Below are positions 29,892 to 39,867 of a DNA stretch of 64,000 nucleotides, in pieces; the first letter of the stretch is position 1, and the number at the start of each line of letters is the position of its first letter. The DNA is from Nibricoccus sp. Lineage in GTDB: Bacteria > Verrucomicrobiota > Verrucomicrobiia > Opitutales > Opitutaceae. A model generated the notes under the pieces. It did no database searches, was not told the DNA's origin, and saw only the letters and a list, made by a program, of their open reading frames with translations. Location: contig JASGHG010000001.1 of the NCBI GenBank assembly GCA_047602425.1, forward strand, positions 4,640,001-4,704,000, in the 5' to 3' direction. A program made the translations under genes and the position numbers.

Positions 29892-30150
29892 CGGAGGACA
29901 GATGCCGGAGGCCGGAAGACGGAGCGGAGGTCGGAAGTCAGAGGTCGGAGGTCGGATGTCGGGGGACAGAGGCAGAGGGCGGAAGCCAGGTGGCAGAAGC
30001 CAGATCCCAGATGCCGGAAGTCGGAGGTCGGAGGACAGAGACCAAGCCTTGAGCGAAGTTGATATGGCCCGCTATCGCCGCGCTACGCGCTCCGTCCGAC
30101 TTCTGATCTCCGACATCCGGCTTCTGGCTTCCGGGCTCCGACTTCCGTCC
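29892..30150. repeat. Degenerate heptamer array (about 20 units, C[AG]GA[AGT]GN) plus inverted array (about 8 units)
   Basis: cggaggt/cagaggt/cggaagc units at 29892-30041; acttctg/gcttccg units at about 30093-30150. Confidence 0.9.
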
Positions 30151-31806
30151 TCAGGAAGCGGAGCCGACGGGGTGGGGGGCGGCTGGTTCGGGGGCTTCGG
30201 CGGCGAGGGCGTTGAGGGCGGCGTCGAGGGCTTGCACGCCGATGGGTTTGGTCAGGTGCACCTTGAAACCGGCGGCACGGCTGCGGGCGATGTCGGCCTC
30301 GGTGCCATAGCCGGAAAGCGCGATCGCACGGAGCGCGGGTTGCGCGCGGAGCTGTTCCATGAGTTCGTAACCCTCACCATCAGGAAGGCCCAAATCGGAA
30401 AGGACAATGTCGTACGAATCCGATTCCAATTGTGCGCGGGCTTCGGCGAGAGTGCCGGCGAAGGACACCTGATAGCCGCGGCGGCGGAGAAGCTGACCCA
30501 GCGAAAGACGCGTGGGGGCATGATCCTCGACGACGAGAAGTTTTTGATGAACTTCCGTCGGTGGCTGCGACGGGGTGCTACAGGTAGGGACGGGCATCGG
30601 TTTTTCCGCGCCAGCGAGGGGAAACGTGAGTGTGAACGTGGCGCCGCGGCCGAGACCCTCGCTGTGGGCGGCGATGGTGCCGCGGTGCAGTTCGACGAGT
30701 TTGCGCGAGATGGCGAGGCCGAGTCCCAGTCCGCCGAAACGATGGCCGGCGGAGATCGTATTTTTTCCCTGGGCGAACGCTTGGAAAACGCGATCCAAGT
30801 CGGCGGCGTCCATGCCGATGCCGTTGTCCGTTATTTTTATCACGATGGAAGAATCGTCGCGATTGAACGTCTCGATGGTGATGTTTCCGGAGCGCGGCGT
30901 AAACTTCGCGGCGTTTTTGAGCACATTCCAAAAGACCTGCTGCAGGCGAGTAAGGTCACCCAGGATGACGGATTTTTCAGCGCCCCACGCGGTATTAACG
31001 GTGAGCAACTTTTGCAGCATTTCCGATTGCGTGGTGGTGAGGGCGGCGCGGACGGCCTCGTGCGCATCGAGCCGTTGCAAGTCGAGCTTGAGCTTGTCGT
31101 GGGTGATGCGGGTGAGATCGAGCAGATCGTCGATCAACTGGGCCTCGAGCGCGACATTGCGGGCAATCAGACCGAAATCGTTGCGAACGGTTTCGGGCAA
31201 CGATTCGTCCGCGGCAGCGTCGGTCGCGAGCAGGAGCACGGGGTTCAGCGGCGTGCGCAGTTCATGCGAAAGCGCGGCGAGAAATTCATCCTTGGCGCGG
31301 CTGGCTTGCTGGGCGGCGTCGCGGGCTTGCAAGAGGTCCTTGAGCAGTTTTTGCACCTCGTATTGGCGACGTCGGGAGCGGAGGGATACCTCGATGGTCT
31401 TGACCAGTGTCTCGGGCCGGAACGGGCGTTCGATCAACGCGATGTTGGTGTTGCTGGAGGTGGCAATGCGTTCGATTTGTTGCTGGTTGTAAGAAGTTCG
31501 GCTCGAAACCAACGTGACCGGGATTTCCGACCAGGTCGGTTGCGATTTCAGCAAGTCGAAGAGCCGTTCGGCGGCGGCGGGCGTGAGGGCTTCCTCGGCG
31601 ATCAGGATCGCGCCGCAGCCCTCGACGATCTTCGCGCAGAGGTCGGCGGGATTGGCGACGACGACCGCTTTGAAATTTGCGTCGGTGAGGAAAGTGCCGG
31701 TGAGCCGCGCGTCATTGGCGGTGGGAGCCAGGATAAGAATTCTATCCTGAATTTCCGCAGGGACCTCGTTCGGCCAGGTCACGTGTGATGAATCTCTGGT
31801 GGCCAT
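30151..31806 (-). CDS. Cytoplasmic hybrid histidine kinase (atypical receiver-like N-terminus, HisKA, HATPase, receiver)
   Basis: LSHELRTPL, NVLKNAAKFT, DNGIG, GLGLGL, LSDLGLPD. Confidence 0.93.
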   Translation of the reverse strand: MATRDSSHVTWPNEVPAEIQDRILILAPTANDARLTGTFLTDANFKAVVVANPADLCAKIVEGCGAILIAEEALTPAAAERLFDLLKSQPTWSEIPVTLVSSRTSYNQQQIERIATSSNTNIALIERPFRPETLVKTIEVSLRSRRRQYEVQKLLKDLLQARDAAQQASRAKDEFLAALSHELRTPLNPVLLLATDAAADESLPETVRNDFGLIARNVALEAQLIDDLLDLTRITHDKLKLDLQRLDAHEAVRAALTTTQSEMLQKLLTVNTAWGAEKSVILGDLTRLQQVFWNVLKNAAKFTPRSGNITIETFNRDDSSIVIKITDNGIGMDAADLDRVFQAFAQGKNTISAGHRFGGLGLGLAISRKLVELHRGTIAAHSEGLGRGATFTLTFPLAGAEKPMPVPTCSTPSQPPTEVHQKLLVVEDHAPTRLSLGQLLRRRGYQVSFAGTLAEARAQLESDSYDIVLSDLGLPDGEGYELMEQLRAQPALRAIALSGYGTEADIARSRAAGFKVHLTKPIGVQALDAALNALAAEAPEPAAPHPVGSAS

Positions 31807-31815
31807 GACAACGTC

Positions 31816-33297
31816 TTAAAGAGTGGCGCCATTTTCCACGGTGGGAGCACCCGAGAGAACGCCGGTGAGATTGGTGAGAGGCTCGCCGACCTGTATGCCA
31901 CTCTCGCTGATCTTCATTTCCCTAATCGTGCGCTCGTGGCGGCCGCTGCGTTTTTTCACGACAGAAATGGCCTGTCGCACTCCGCCGCCAAATTCGAAAT
32001 ACCGGAAAGAAACGACCGTATCGGCCAGGTACGTGAGATCGATGGGCGATTGCACATAGCCGACGATTCCCTGCTGGGCGAGGACCATCAAAGTTAGGAC
32101 GCCCTGTTGGTTGAGGAACGCGAGCAATTCATGCAGTTGCAACACGAGGTAGCGTTCATCGGGCATGGCGTGAACCAAGCCATTGAGACTGTCGATGATC
32201 ACCATGCGCACGCCGTCCTTTTGGACCCGGTCCTTGATGATACAAGAAAGTTCGCCTGGCGAAATCTCCGCGGGATCGATCTGGTGCACGCTCATTCTTT
32301 TGTCCTCGACCATCGACTCGATCGGCAGGCCAAGACCCTTGGCGCGTTCGAAAAGAATGTGCAGCACCTCATCGAACGTAAAATAGAGGACGCGCTCGTT
32401 GCGCTCCGCCGCGGCGATGGCGAAGCGAATGGCCACCGACGATTTGCCGGTGCCGGCGGGGCCCATAAAAATGGTGCTCGTGCCGCGGTCGAGACCTCCG
32501 CCGAGAAGGCGATCCAAATTTTCGATTCCTGAGGAAATACGCTGATCCTCAAACGGCGTGTGATGCTCGGACGCGACCAGACGCGGGAAAACAATCATGC
32601 CGCCGGTTTTTAGGAGGACATCATGGTTGCCCTCGCGGAAATTGACGCCGCGGATTTTTTCGATGCGAAGCAGGCGCCGGGTGATGCCGTAACTGGGGGC
32701 GTTTTTCAGGAGAAGCACCACGCCGTGGGCGATACTGGCGACCTGTTCGTCCACGATTCCATCGCTACTATGATCGTCGAGCATCAAAGCCGTGCACTTC
32801 CGACCGGAGAAGAATTGCTTGAGGTGCAAAATCTGCCGGCGATAACGCAGAGCGGTTTCCGAAAGAAGCCGGAGTTCCGACAACGAATCGAACACCACAC
32901 GATCCGGCTGCACGCGTTCGACCTCGGAAAGAAGCAGTTTGGTGGTTTGATGAAGTTCGACTTCGGAAGGACTGAAAAAAGTATTGTCGGCCGCCTCCTT
33001 GATCTGGGCTTCCAGCGCCGAAAGCTCAAATATAGTGATGCCCGCCAAATTCCAGCCGTGGGAATTGGCGACCTCGTCGAGTTCGGTTCTCGTCTCGGAG
33101 AGTGTGACATAGAGGACGCGTTCGCCGAGTCGGTGGCCTTCGAGCAAAAATTGAAGGCCGAGGGTGGTTTTACCGACTCCCGGATCGCCAAGGATCAGAT
33201 AAAGACGGTTGCGGGGAAACCCGCCGCCGAGAATGTCGTCGAGGCCTGCGATTCCTGTTTTGCAACGATTATGATCGGGTTCGGTGGTTGTGCGCAT
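31816..33297 (-). CDS. KaiC-like double RecA-domain ATPase
   Basis: TGIAGLDDILGGG, Walker A GDPGVGKT and GPAGTGKS, two DSL Walker B motifs. Confidence 0.92.
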   Translation of the reverse strand: MRTTTEPDHNRCKTGIAGLDDILGGGFPRNRLYLILGDPGVGKTTLGLQFLLEGHRLGERVLYVTLSETRTELDEVANSHGWNLAGITIFELSALEAQIKEAADNTFFSPSEVELHQTTKLLLSEVERVQPDRVVFDSLSELRLLSETALRYRRQILHLKQFFSGRKCTALMLDDHSSDGIVDEQVASIAHGVVLLLKNAPSYGITRRLLRIEKIRGVNFREGNHDVLLKTGGMIVFPRLVASEHHTPFEDQRISSGIENLDRLLGGGLDRGTSTIFMGPAGTGKSSVAIRFAIAAAERNERVLYFTFDEVLHILFERAKGLGLPIESMVEDKRMSVHQIDPAEISPGELSCIIKDRVQKDGVRMVIIDSLNGLVHAMPDERYLVLQLHELLAFLNQQGVLTLMVLAQQGIVGYVQSPIDLTYLADTVVSFRYFEFGGGVRQAISVVKKRSGRHERTIREMKISESGIQVGEPLTNLTGVLSGAPTVENGATL

Positions 33298-33732
33298 GAG
33301 GGGAAGTGAAAATGAAACGATGCATTTTGAACGCTGGCCAAGGCAGCGGCCGTCCAGCGCCTGTGATGCAAGTATATGCCGACCGTGTAAGTAGCACGAG
33401 GATGCCCCTAAATCGAATTTCCGCAGTAGAAAAATTCCTAGGACTGGCACCGGAGAATCTCCCATGAGCCCCTTGGGGCGCGCGCTGACGCGATTGCGAG
33501 GCAGGGAAGAGCGAGGTTTTTTAACCGGAGACGGATATCGCGTGGGGCTGGAGCGTGCTTCGTCGAGTATTGTCGAAGTGGTGAATCTTCGCTGCCTCAG
33601 GATGACCAGCGTGGTATGAACAGAATTGCTGTTTTGGCGCGTCCGCCGTGTTCGAAAAATCTGCAACGATGACGGACGTCTCGGAGAGACTTTCCGACCG
33701 TCGATCCAATGCTCACACCTTGCAACTCGGAA

Positions 33733-34941
33733 CTACTCGTAGCGCAAAGCGTCGATCGGATCGAGTTGAGAGGCTTTGAGCGCGGGGTAGAAACCGGAAA
33801 CGATGCCGACAAAGGCGCTACCGCCAACGGCGATGCCCATCCACAAGGACGAAAGCTCGGAGGGCCAGCCCATTTTCCAGGAAACGAATTCCGAGGCACC
33901 GGCGCCCAGCGCGATGCCGATCAGGCCACCGGCCAGGCTCAACACCACGGCCTCGGTCAGGAATTGCAGGAGCACGTCCTTGCCGTGCGCGCCGACCGCG
34001 AGGCGAATGCCAATCTCGCGGGTGCGTTCTGTGACGGAGACGAGCATGATGTTCATGATGCCGATGCCGCCCACGATGAGTGAAACCAATGCCACACCGC
34101 CAAGAAGCGAAGTCATGGTTTTGCTTTGCGCGGTGAAAAGCTCGGCGATTTCAAGCTGGTTGCGAATCGTGTAGTCGGGCTCGCGGCCCTGACGGCGCTG
34201 CTGCAAAAGGTCGCCGATGTCGCGCTGCACGCGTTCCATCGTTTCGGGCGAAGGCGCCTGCACGATGATATTGCTGATGCGATCTCTCTTCGAAATGCGC
34301 TTCATCGAAGTGGTGTACGGCACGACGATGAGATCGTCCTGATCGGCACCATTGGAATTGAAACCCTTGGCGATGAGAACGCCGACCACGCGCAGTGGAA
34401 TATTGCGGGCGCGGATGGCCTGACCGATGGGATCCATGCCAGCGAAAAGTTGGTCGGCCACGGTTTTTCCGATGACGCAGACTTTGGCGGAATTGCGCAC
34501 ATCGGTTTCGGTGAAGAATTCGCCCTCCGCGAGTTTCCAGGCGCGGATCGAGGGAAAGTCGGGCGATTCGCCGAGCACCTGGGTGTTCCAATTCAGGCCA
34601 TTGGCCATGACTTGCTGACGATCGCGAATTTCGGGACTAACGCCCACTGCTCCGACCACCTCACGCTTGATCGCTTCGGCATCTTCCACCGTAAGAGAGC
34701 TGGCAGAACCCCAACCACCCCGCATGCCACCCGAGGTGAGACTACCGGGGAAAATCGTGATCATGTTTTGCCCGAGTCCGGCGATGGACGTCTCGATCTG
34801 CCGCTTGGCGCCGTTGCCCATGCTGACCATCGTGATGACCGCGCCAATACCGATGATCATGCCGAGGGCAGCGAGGATCGTGCGCAGCTTGTTACGGCGC
34901 AGGGCGCGGAAGGCGATGATGATGGTGGTGAGGAAACGCAT
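33733..34941 (-). CDS. MacB-like ABC transporter permease
   Basis: GGIGIMNIMLVSVTERTREIGIR, C-terminal DPIDALRYE. Confidence 0.94.
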   Translation of the reverse strand: MRFLTTIIIAFRALRRNKLRTILAALGMIIGIGAVITMVSMGNGAKRQIETSIAGLGQNMITIFPGSLTSGGMRGGWGSASSLTVEDAEAIKREVVGAVGVSPEIRDRQQVMANGLNWNTQVLGESPDFPSIRAWKLAEGEFFTETDVRNSAKVCVIGKTVADQLFAGMDPIGQAIRARNIPLRVVGVLIAKGFNSNGADQDDLIVVPYTTSMKRISKRDRISNIIVQAPSPETMERVQRDIGDLLQQRRQGREPDYTIRNQLEIAELFTAQSKTMTSLLGGVALVSLIVGGIGIMNIMLVSVTERTREIGIRLAVGAHGKDVLLQFLTEAVVLSLAGGLIGIALGAGASEFVSWKMGWPSELSSLWMGIAVGGSAFVGIVSGFYPALKASQLDPIDALRYE

Positions 34942-34950
34942 TTTCGGGAG

Positions 34951-35036
34951 CGGAGGGCGGATGCCGGAGGTCGGAAGCCAGATGTCGGAGGTCGGGGGGG
35001 GGAGAAAGATAAAGAGAACGAGAAAGAGGGAAGAGG
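34951..35036. repeat. Heptamer array (7 units) followed by purine-rich hexamer run
   Basis: cggaggg cggatgc cggaggt cggaagc cagatgt cggaggt cgggggg, then gagaaa gataaa gagaac gagaaa. Confidence 0.8.
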
Positions 35037-35046
35037 GCGGCGATGT

Positions 35047-35814
35047 TTAGTTAGAGACGAGTTTGGCGGCGGCTTCGGCTTCGTTGAGCTTGCGCATTTC
35101 TTCGGTGGCCATGAGGCGGTCCTTGACGATGACATCGCTCACAAGGCGGCCGTCGCGGAGGATGAGGTTGCGTTTGCAGTAATGCGCGATGTCGAGCTCG
35201 TGCGTGACCATGAGGATGGTGATGCCTTGCTCGTTGAGCTTTTGGAAAACGCCCATGACCTCGACGGAGGTTTTGCTATCGAGATTGCCGGTGGGCTCGT
35301 CGGCGAGGAGCACCTGGGGATTGTTGACAAGGCCGCGGGCGATGGCGACGCGCTGCTGCTGGCCGCCGGAAAGCTGGCTCGGCAAATGGTCAGCGCGATT
35401 GGCGAGTCCGACAATTTCGAGGGCTTTCAAGGCACGCTCGCGCATAACTTTGGAAGGTATGCGCTGGTTGCTGTAAAGCATCGGGAGTTCGACATTCTCA
35501 AGCGCGGTGGTGCGGGCGAGGAGATTGAAACCCTGGAAAACAAAACCTAGCTTCTGGTTGCGGATGTCGGCGCGGTCGTTGCGATCGAGGTTGGAGACAT
35601 CCACGCCGTCGAGCAGGTAGTGGCCGCGGGTGGGACGATCGAGGCAGCCCAGGATATTCATGAGCGTGGACTTGCCGGAACCGGAAGCGCCCATGAGCGC
35701 GACAAATTCGCCTTTCTGAATATCGATGCTCACGCCACGCACGGCGTGGACCTCGATCTCGGAGCTGTTGCCGTAGATCTTGTGGATTTCCTCTAGTTTA
35801 ACAACGGGCTGCAT
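35047..35814 (-). CDS. ABC transporter ATP-binding protein (LolD/MacB type)
   Basis: [25 protein letters not shown]. Confidence 0.95.
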   Translation of the reverse strand: MQPVVKLEEIHKIYGNSSEIEVHAVRGVSIDIQKGEFVALMGASGSGKSTLMNILGCLDRPTRGHYLLDGVDVSNLDRNDRADIRNQKLGFVFQGFNLLARTTALENVELPMLYSNQRIPSKVMRERALKALEIVGLANRADHLPSQLSGGQQQRVAIARGLVNNPQVLLADEPTGNLDSKTSVEVMGVFQKLNEQGITILMVTHELDIAHYCKRNLILRDGRLVSDVIVKDRLMATEEMRKLNEAEAAAKLVSN

Positions 35815-35888
35815 GGAAAGGCGGAGGAGGAATGCAGTGGAAGAAGCGGAAGGTGACGTCTGGTTGAAGCGGCTCGGTAATTGACCTC

Positions 35889-37358
35889 TTAAAAACGGCG
35901 TCCACCGCCGCCGGGGCCGGCCTGGCCGCCGAAGGGATTGCGAGCCTGCTGCGGTTGCGCGCTGGCCGCATTGTCGCCGGGCAGATAAACGCTGGAAACG
36001 ATGACATCGCCCTCCTTGAGGCCGTCGATAATCTCGGTGCTGGCGCCGTCGGTGATGCCAAACTTGGCGGAAACGGGCTCCACTTTTAGATCTGGCAGCG
36101 GGTTGGCGAGACGATAGACCGTGCGGGTGGTGACGGTATTTTCGCCGCTGCGATTGCGACCGCCGGATGTAAAGCGTTCGGGCAATTCGATGCCGCGTTC
36201 AGCGGCGAGCTTGATGATTTTCTCGCGATCTGCGGCCGACATATCGCGGCCGAACGTGACTCCCGCTTCCTGGGCGAGTTGGCGGAGCTGAGCGAACTGA
36301 CTGCGACCGTCGCCGCCGCCTCCCTGGCCCCGCTGGCGTTCGCCTTGCGAAGAAGTCGTGGGCGTGCCGCCGGAAGAGGAGGACGAATTGTTGGCGGTGG
36401 CGGGCGTCTCGGGTTTGGCCGGCAGGAATTTCTCGGGAATGCGAGCGCGAAGAGCGGCGTTGGCGATCTTCAATACGCCGGTGCGTTTGGCGATGATGAC
36501 GGAAACGTTGGCGGTCATGCCGGGCTTAAGGCGCTGGCTCTCGTTGTTGACCTCGATAATGGTGCTGTAGACGACGACGGACTGGGAGGTTTTCGGGAGA
36601 TTGCGGATTTGGGCAACGCGGCCGTTGAAGGTGCGGCCGGGATAGGCATCGACGGAGAAGGTGACATCCTGATCGATCGCGACGCTGCCAATGTCAGCCT
36701 CGGCGACGTCGGCGCTGATCTGCATTTTGGACAAATCGGTGACGAGGGTGAAGAGCGTCGGCGCATTGAGGCTGGCGGCGACGGTTTTGCCGACGTCACA
36801 TTGGCGATCGAGCACGATGCCATCGATCGGAGCGTAGATGGTGCAGCGATCGAGATTCACTCGCGCGTCCTCGACGGTGGCTTTGGCGGTGAGCAATGCG
36901 GCGTTGGATTGGGAAAGCTGGGCCTCGGATTGGTCGAGCTCTTGTTGCGAAACGAGATTTTCGGAACGGAGCTTGCGAGTGCGATCAGCGTTGAGCCGCG
37001 CAAGAGTGTTGCTGGCGGTGACGGAGGCGAGATTGGCTTCGGCCTGACGCAGGCGCGATTCGTAAGTCGCGGGATCGATGCGGGCAAGGACGTCGCCTTT
37101 TTTCACGGGCTGATTGTAGTCGACATTGAGCTCTTTGATCTGACCGGAAATTTGCGAGCTGACATCGACACTGGTGGGCGCCTGGAGCACGCCGGTGGCG
37201 GTCACGCTTTGAATGACGTCGCCTTTGCTGATGGCGATCGTCACGACCTCGGGTGGCTTCGCGGAATTTTTGCCGATAAAAACGTATGCGCCCGCGCCAA
37301 CGGCGATTACAACCAAGCCTAAAACAATGAGTCCACCGAAGCTGCGTTTCTTTGCCAT
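35889..37358 (-). CDS. MacA-like periplasmic adaptor (membrane fusion protein)
   Basis: N-terminal TM, VSSQISGQI, VKKGDVLARID, APIDG, LKPGMTA. Confidence 0.93.
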   Translation of the reverse strand: MAKKRSFGGLIVLGLVVIAVGAGAYVFIGKNSAKPPEVVTIAISKGDVIQSVTATGVLQAPTSVDVSSQISGQIKELNVDYNQPVKKGDVLARIDPATYESRLRQAEANLASVTASNTLARLNADRTRKLRSENLVSQQELDQSEAQLSQSNAALLTAKATVEDARVNLDRCTIYAPIDGIVLDRQCDVGKTVAASLNAPTLFTLVTDLSKMQISADVAEADIGSVAIDQDVTFSVDAYPGRTFNGRVAQIRNLPKTSQSVVVYSTIIEVNNESQRLKPGMTANVSVIIAKRTGVLKIANAALRARIPEKFLPAKPETPATANNSSSSSGGTPTTSSQGERQRGQGGGGDGRSQFAQLRQLAQEAGVTFGRDMSAADREKIIKLAAERGIELPERFTSGGRNRSGENTVTTRTVYRLANPLPDLKVEPVSAKFGITDGASTEIIDGLKEGDVIVSSVYLPGDNAASAQPQQARNPFGGQAGPGGGGRRF

Positions 37359-37560
37359 AAAGTGATTAGAGAAGAAGGAAAATAAGTTTATTCGAGCTTC
37401 GCAATCCGCACTTAACGTATCACATGGAGAGAAGATTGGGAACGAAGCCAGTGGTTGGCAGAGACGCTTTTCATTTCCGCAGGTAACGCGGACAGGTGTG
37501 TTTTTCCAAAGAAAAGAAGGTTCGCGCCAGCGACGCGGTTTGCTTTTGCTGCGGGGAAAA

Positions 37561-37974
37561 ATGTCCAGCCTCTTCATCTATCTTTGGGTCGCGATTGGTG
37601 GCGCCTTGGGCAGCGTGACGCGCCTCGGCGCGGTGGAACTGGGTGCACGGCTTTGGGGACACGATTTCCCGTGGGGAACGCTGTTGGTCAATGTGGTCGG
37701 CGCTTTCGTGATTGGTTTTTTCGCGACAGTGACGGATGCGGACGCGGGTGGACGGTGGCCGGTAGGCCTGGCCGGACGCCAATTTTTCATGACGGGCGTG
37801 CTGGGCGGCTTCACCACGTTTTCGGCCTTCAGCTTGCAGACACTTTCGCTCGCGCGGCATGGCGAATGGACTAAGGCCGGCGGCTACGTCGCGGGGTCGG
37901 TTGTGTTGTGTTTAGTTTTCGTGTGGCTCGGGCAACTGACCGCGCTGGCGATCAGTCCGGGGCGAGTGCGGTGA
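37561..37974 (+). CDS. crcB: Fluoride channel Fluc
   Basis: GGALGS..R, FPWGTLLVN, GVLGGFTTFSAF. Confidence 0.93.
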   Translation: MSSLFIYLWVAIGGALGSVTRLGAVELGARLWGHDFPWGTLLVNVVGAFVIGFFATVTDADAGGRWPVGLAGRQFFMTGVLGGFTTFSAFSLQTLSLARHGEWTKAGGYVAGSVVLCLVFVWLGQLTALAISPGRVR

Positions 37975-38061
37975 AACCGTGGTGGGACTGCGTGCACGAC
38001 GCATCTACGCACTGCGGCCGACGGGAAAACCGAACCGCGATAAAAATACCAACAACGTGGC

Positions 38062-38559
38062 TTAGTGCGCGCCGAGTTGTTTGCCGGTGAAGGCTTTTCT
38101 GAGAGCCTCGGCGACGTTGGGCGGCACGAAATTCGAGACATCGCCGCCGTAACGCGCGACCTGCTTGACGAGGTTGGAACTCGTGTAGCTGTACGACTCG
38201 TTCGGCATGACGAAGATCGTTTCGATTTCGGGTTTCAGATGGCGGTTCATCAGTGCCATGTTGAATTCGAATTCGAAGTCGGACAACGCGCGCAGTCCAC
38301 GGATGATGGCGGTGGCTTTTTGTTGGAGCGCGAAATCGACCAGCAGACCGTCGAAGCTCGTCAATTCGACGTTGGGAAATTGAGCGATGTTGGGGCGCAC
38401 GATTTCGATGCGCTCGGCGGTGCTGAACAGCGGACCTTTGCCGGGGTTGTCGGCGATCGCCACCGTAACAACGTCGAACAGTCGGGCGGCGCGCGAAAGC
38501 ACGTCGAGGTGACCGTAAGTGATCGGATCAAAGGTACCGGGATAAATACAATGGCTCAT
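38062..38559 (-). CDS. coaD: Phosphopantetheine adenylyltransferase
   Basis: YPGTFDPITYGH, RGLRALSDFEFE. Confidence 0.97.
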   Translation of the reverse strand: MSHCIYPGTFDPITYGHLDVLSRAARLFDVVTVAIADNPGKGPLFSTAERIEIVRPNIAQFPNVELTSFDGLLVDFALQQKATAIIRGLRALSDFEFEFNMALMNRHLKPEIETIFVMPNESYSYTSSNLVKQVARYGGDVSNFVPPNVAEALRKAFTGKQLGAH

Positions 38560-38686
38560 CAGAGGTGAAAGGATACTTGCTCGCCGGCGTAATCTTGTTC
38601 GAGATCACACGTCTAGTGAGAAGCTGCCTTCGAACCTTCACCATTCGCTGCGCGAAGACGAGGAAGTTTTCGCGCACCACCACCGT

Positions 38687-39304
38687 ATGAATCTGCCCAA
38701 CCTCATCACGCTGTCCCGCGTTCCCACGATGTTCATCATTGTGGCCCTGATGTATTGCAATTGGTCGGGCGCGGCGACGCTGGCGTTTGTGCTCTTCATC
38801 CTCTCGGCGATCGGCGACTGGCTGGATGGTTATCTCGCGCGAAAGCGGAACATCGTTTCGGTTTTCGGCAAGTACATGGACGCGCTGACCGACAAGGTTT
38901 TTGTGGTTGGCATCATGGTTGCGTTCGTAGAGCGACTCGCGGCGAAAGAACCGCACGGTTACGGCTCGGTGATTTTTCTGATCATGGTGCTGCTGACGTT
39001 GTGCCGCGAATTTCTCATCAGTGGCATGCGCATGATCGCGGCGACCAAAGGCGTGGTGGTAGCGGCCGAAAAAGGCGGAAAGATCAAAACCGTGCTGCAA
39101 TTCGTGGCGCTCGCGATTCTCCTGCTGGTGCCCACGGTGGAAAAAGACGCGGCGCAATTCCTGCCGGAAAGTGTCCTGAGCTACACCGGCTATCTGCACA
39201 AGCTGGGCATGGGAGTTTTCATTGTTGCGACCCTGCTGGCGGTGAGCTCCGGGGTGAGCTACGCGAGCAAGTACCGGCGCATGTTTGACGACGCCAACCA
39301 ATGA
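38687..39304 (+). CDS. pgsA: CDP-diacylglycerol--glycerol-3-phosphate phosphatidyltransferase
   Basis: NLPNLIT, DWLDGYLAR..FGKYMDALTDK; coupled to pgpA. Confidence 0.88.
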   Translation: MNLPNLITLSRVPTMFIIVALMYCNWSGAATLAFVLFILSAIGDWLDGYLARKRNIVSVFGKYMDALTDKVFVVGIMVAFVERLAAKEPHGYGSVIFLIMVLLTLCREFLISGMRMIAATKGVVVAAEKGGKIKTVLQFVALAILLLVPTVEKDAAQFLPESVLSYTGYLHKLGMGVFIVATLLAVSSGVSYASKYRRMFDDANQ

Positions 39305-39834
39305 GACTGCGACAGCCCATCTGGTCGCGCTTCCTGCCGACAAAAATCATTCTCGCGGTCGCTCGCGTTGGTCCCTTTGGCCGGATGCGAAAAGCGCCGG
39401 GCACGTGGGGTTCGGTCGCGGGATTGCTATATCAACTGCTGATTTTCCACCACCTGAGCATCGTCGCGACGGTTGTACTCAGCCTTGTCGGCATCTGGCT
39501 GGCCGTCGGCATCTGCGGCGAAGCGGAATTTCGCCTCGGCAAACGCGATCCAGGCGAAGTGGTGCTCGACGAATTTGTGGTCATCCCCCTATGCTTCATC
39601 GGCTGGACGCATGTCGCGGCGGTGCTGCCGGGTTGGGCGACGCCGTGGAGCGTTTACCTGGCGGGCTTCGCATTATTCCGGATCTTCGACATCGCAAAAC
39701 CATTTGGAATCGCCAAATTGCAGGACTTTGAAGGAGGGTGGGGCGTCGTTTTCGACGACGTGGCGGCGGCGCTGGCTTCGTGCGCCGTCATGCATGTGGC
39801 CGCGGCGGGTTGGCTGTATTTCCATCACGGCTGA
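39301..39834 (+). CDS. pgpA: Phosphatidylglycerophosphatase A
   Basis: APGTWGS, DPGEVVLDE, FRIFDIAKP, GVVFDD. Confidence 0.92.
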   Translation: MRLRQPIWSRFLPTKIILAVARVGPFGRMRKAPGTWGSVAGLLYQLLIFHHLSIVATVVLSLVGIWLAVGICGEAEFRLGKRDPGEVVLDEFVVIPLCFIGWTHVAAVLPGWATPWSVYLAGFALFRIFDIAKPFGIAKLQDFEGGWGVVFDDVAAALASCAVMHVAAAGWLYFHHG

Positions 39835-39867
39835 GGCGGCGGTGCGGAAACGTGCGGGAGAGGAATT

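Noticed and set aside
29860..31788. 642-aa plus-strand ORF
   Set aside because: Antisense shadow of the hybrid kinase, extended through the heptamer array
37360..37560. Fluoride riboswitch upstream of crcB
   Set aside because: The conserved GGCGATGG..CGCC..GCTGATGAC pattern was not seen; an Rfam scan would settle it
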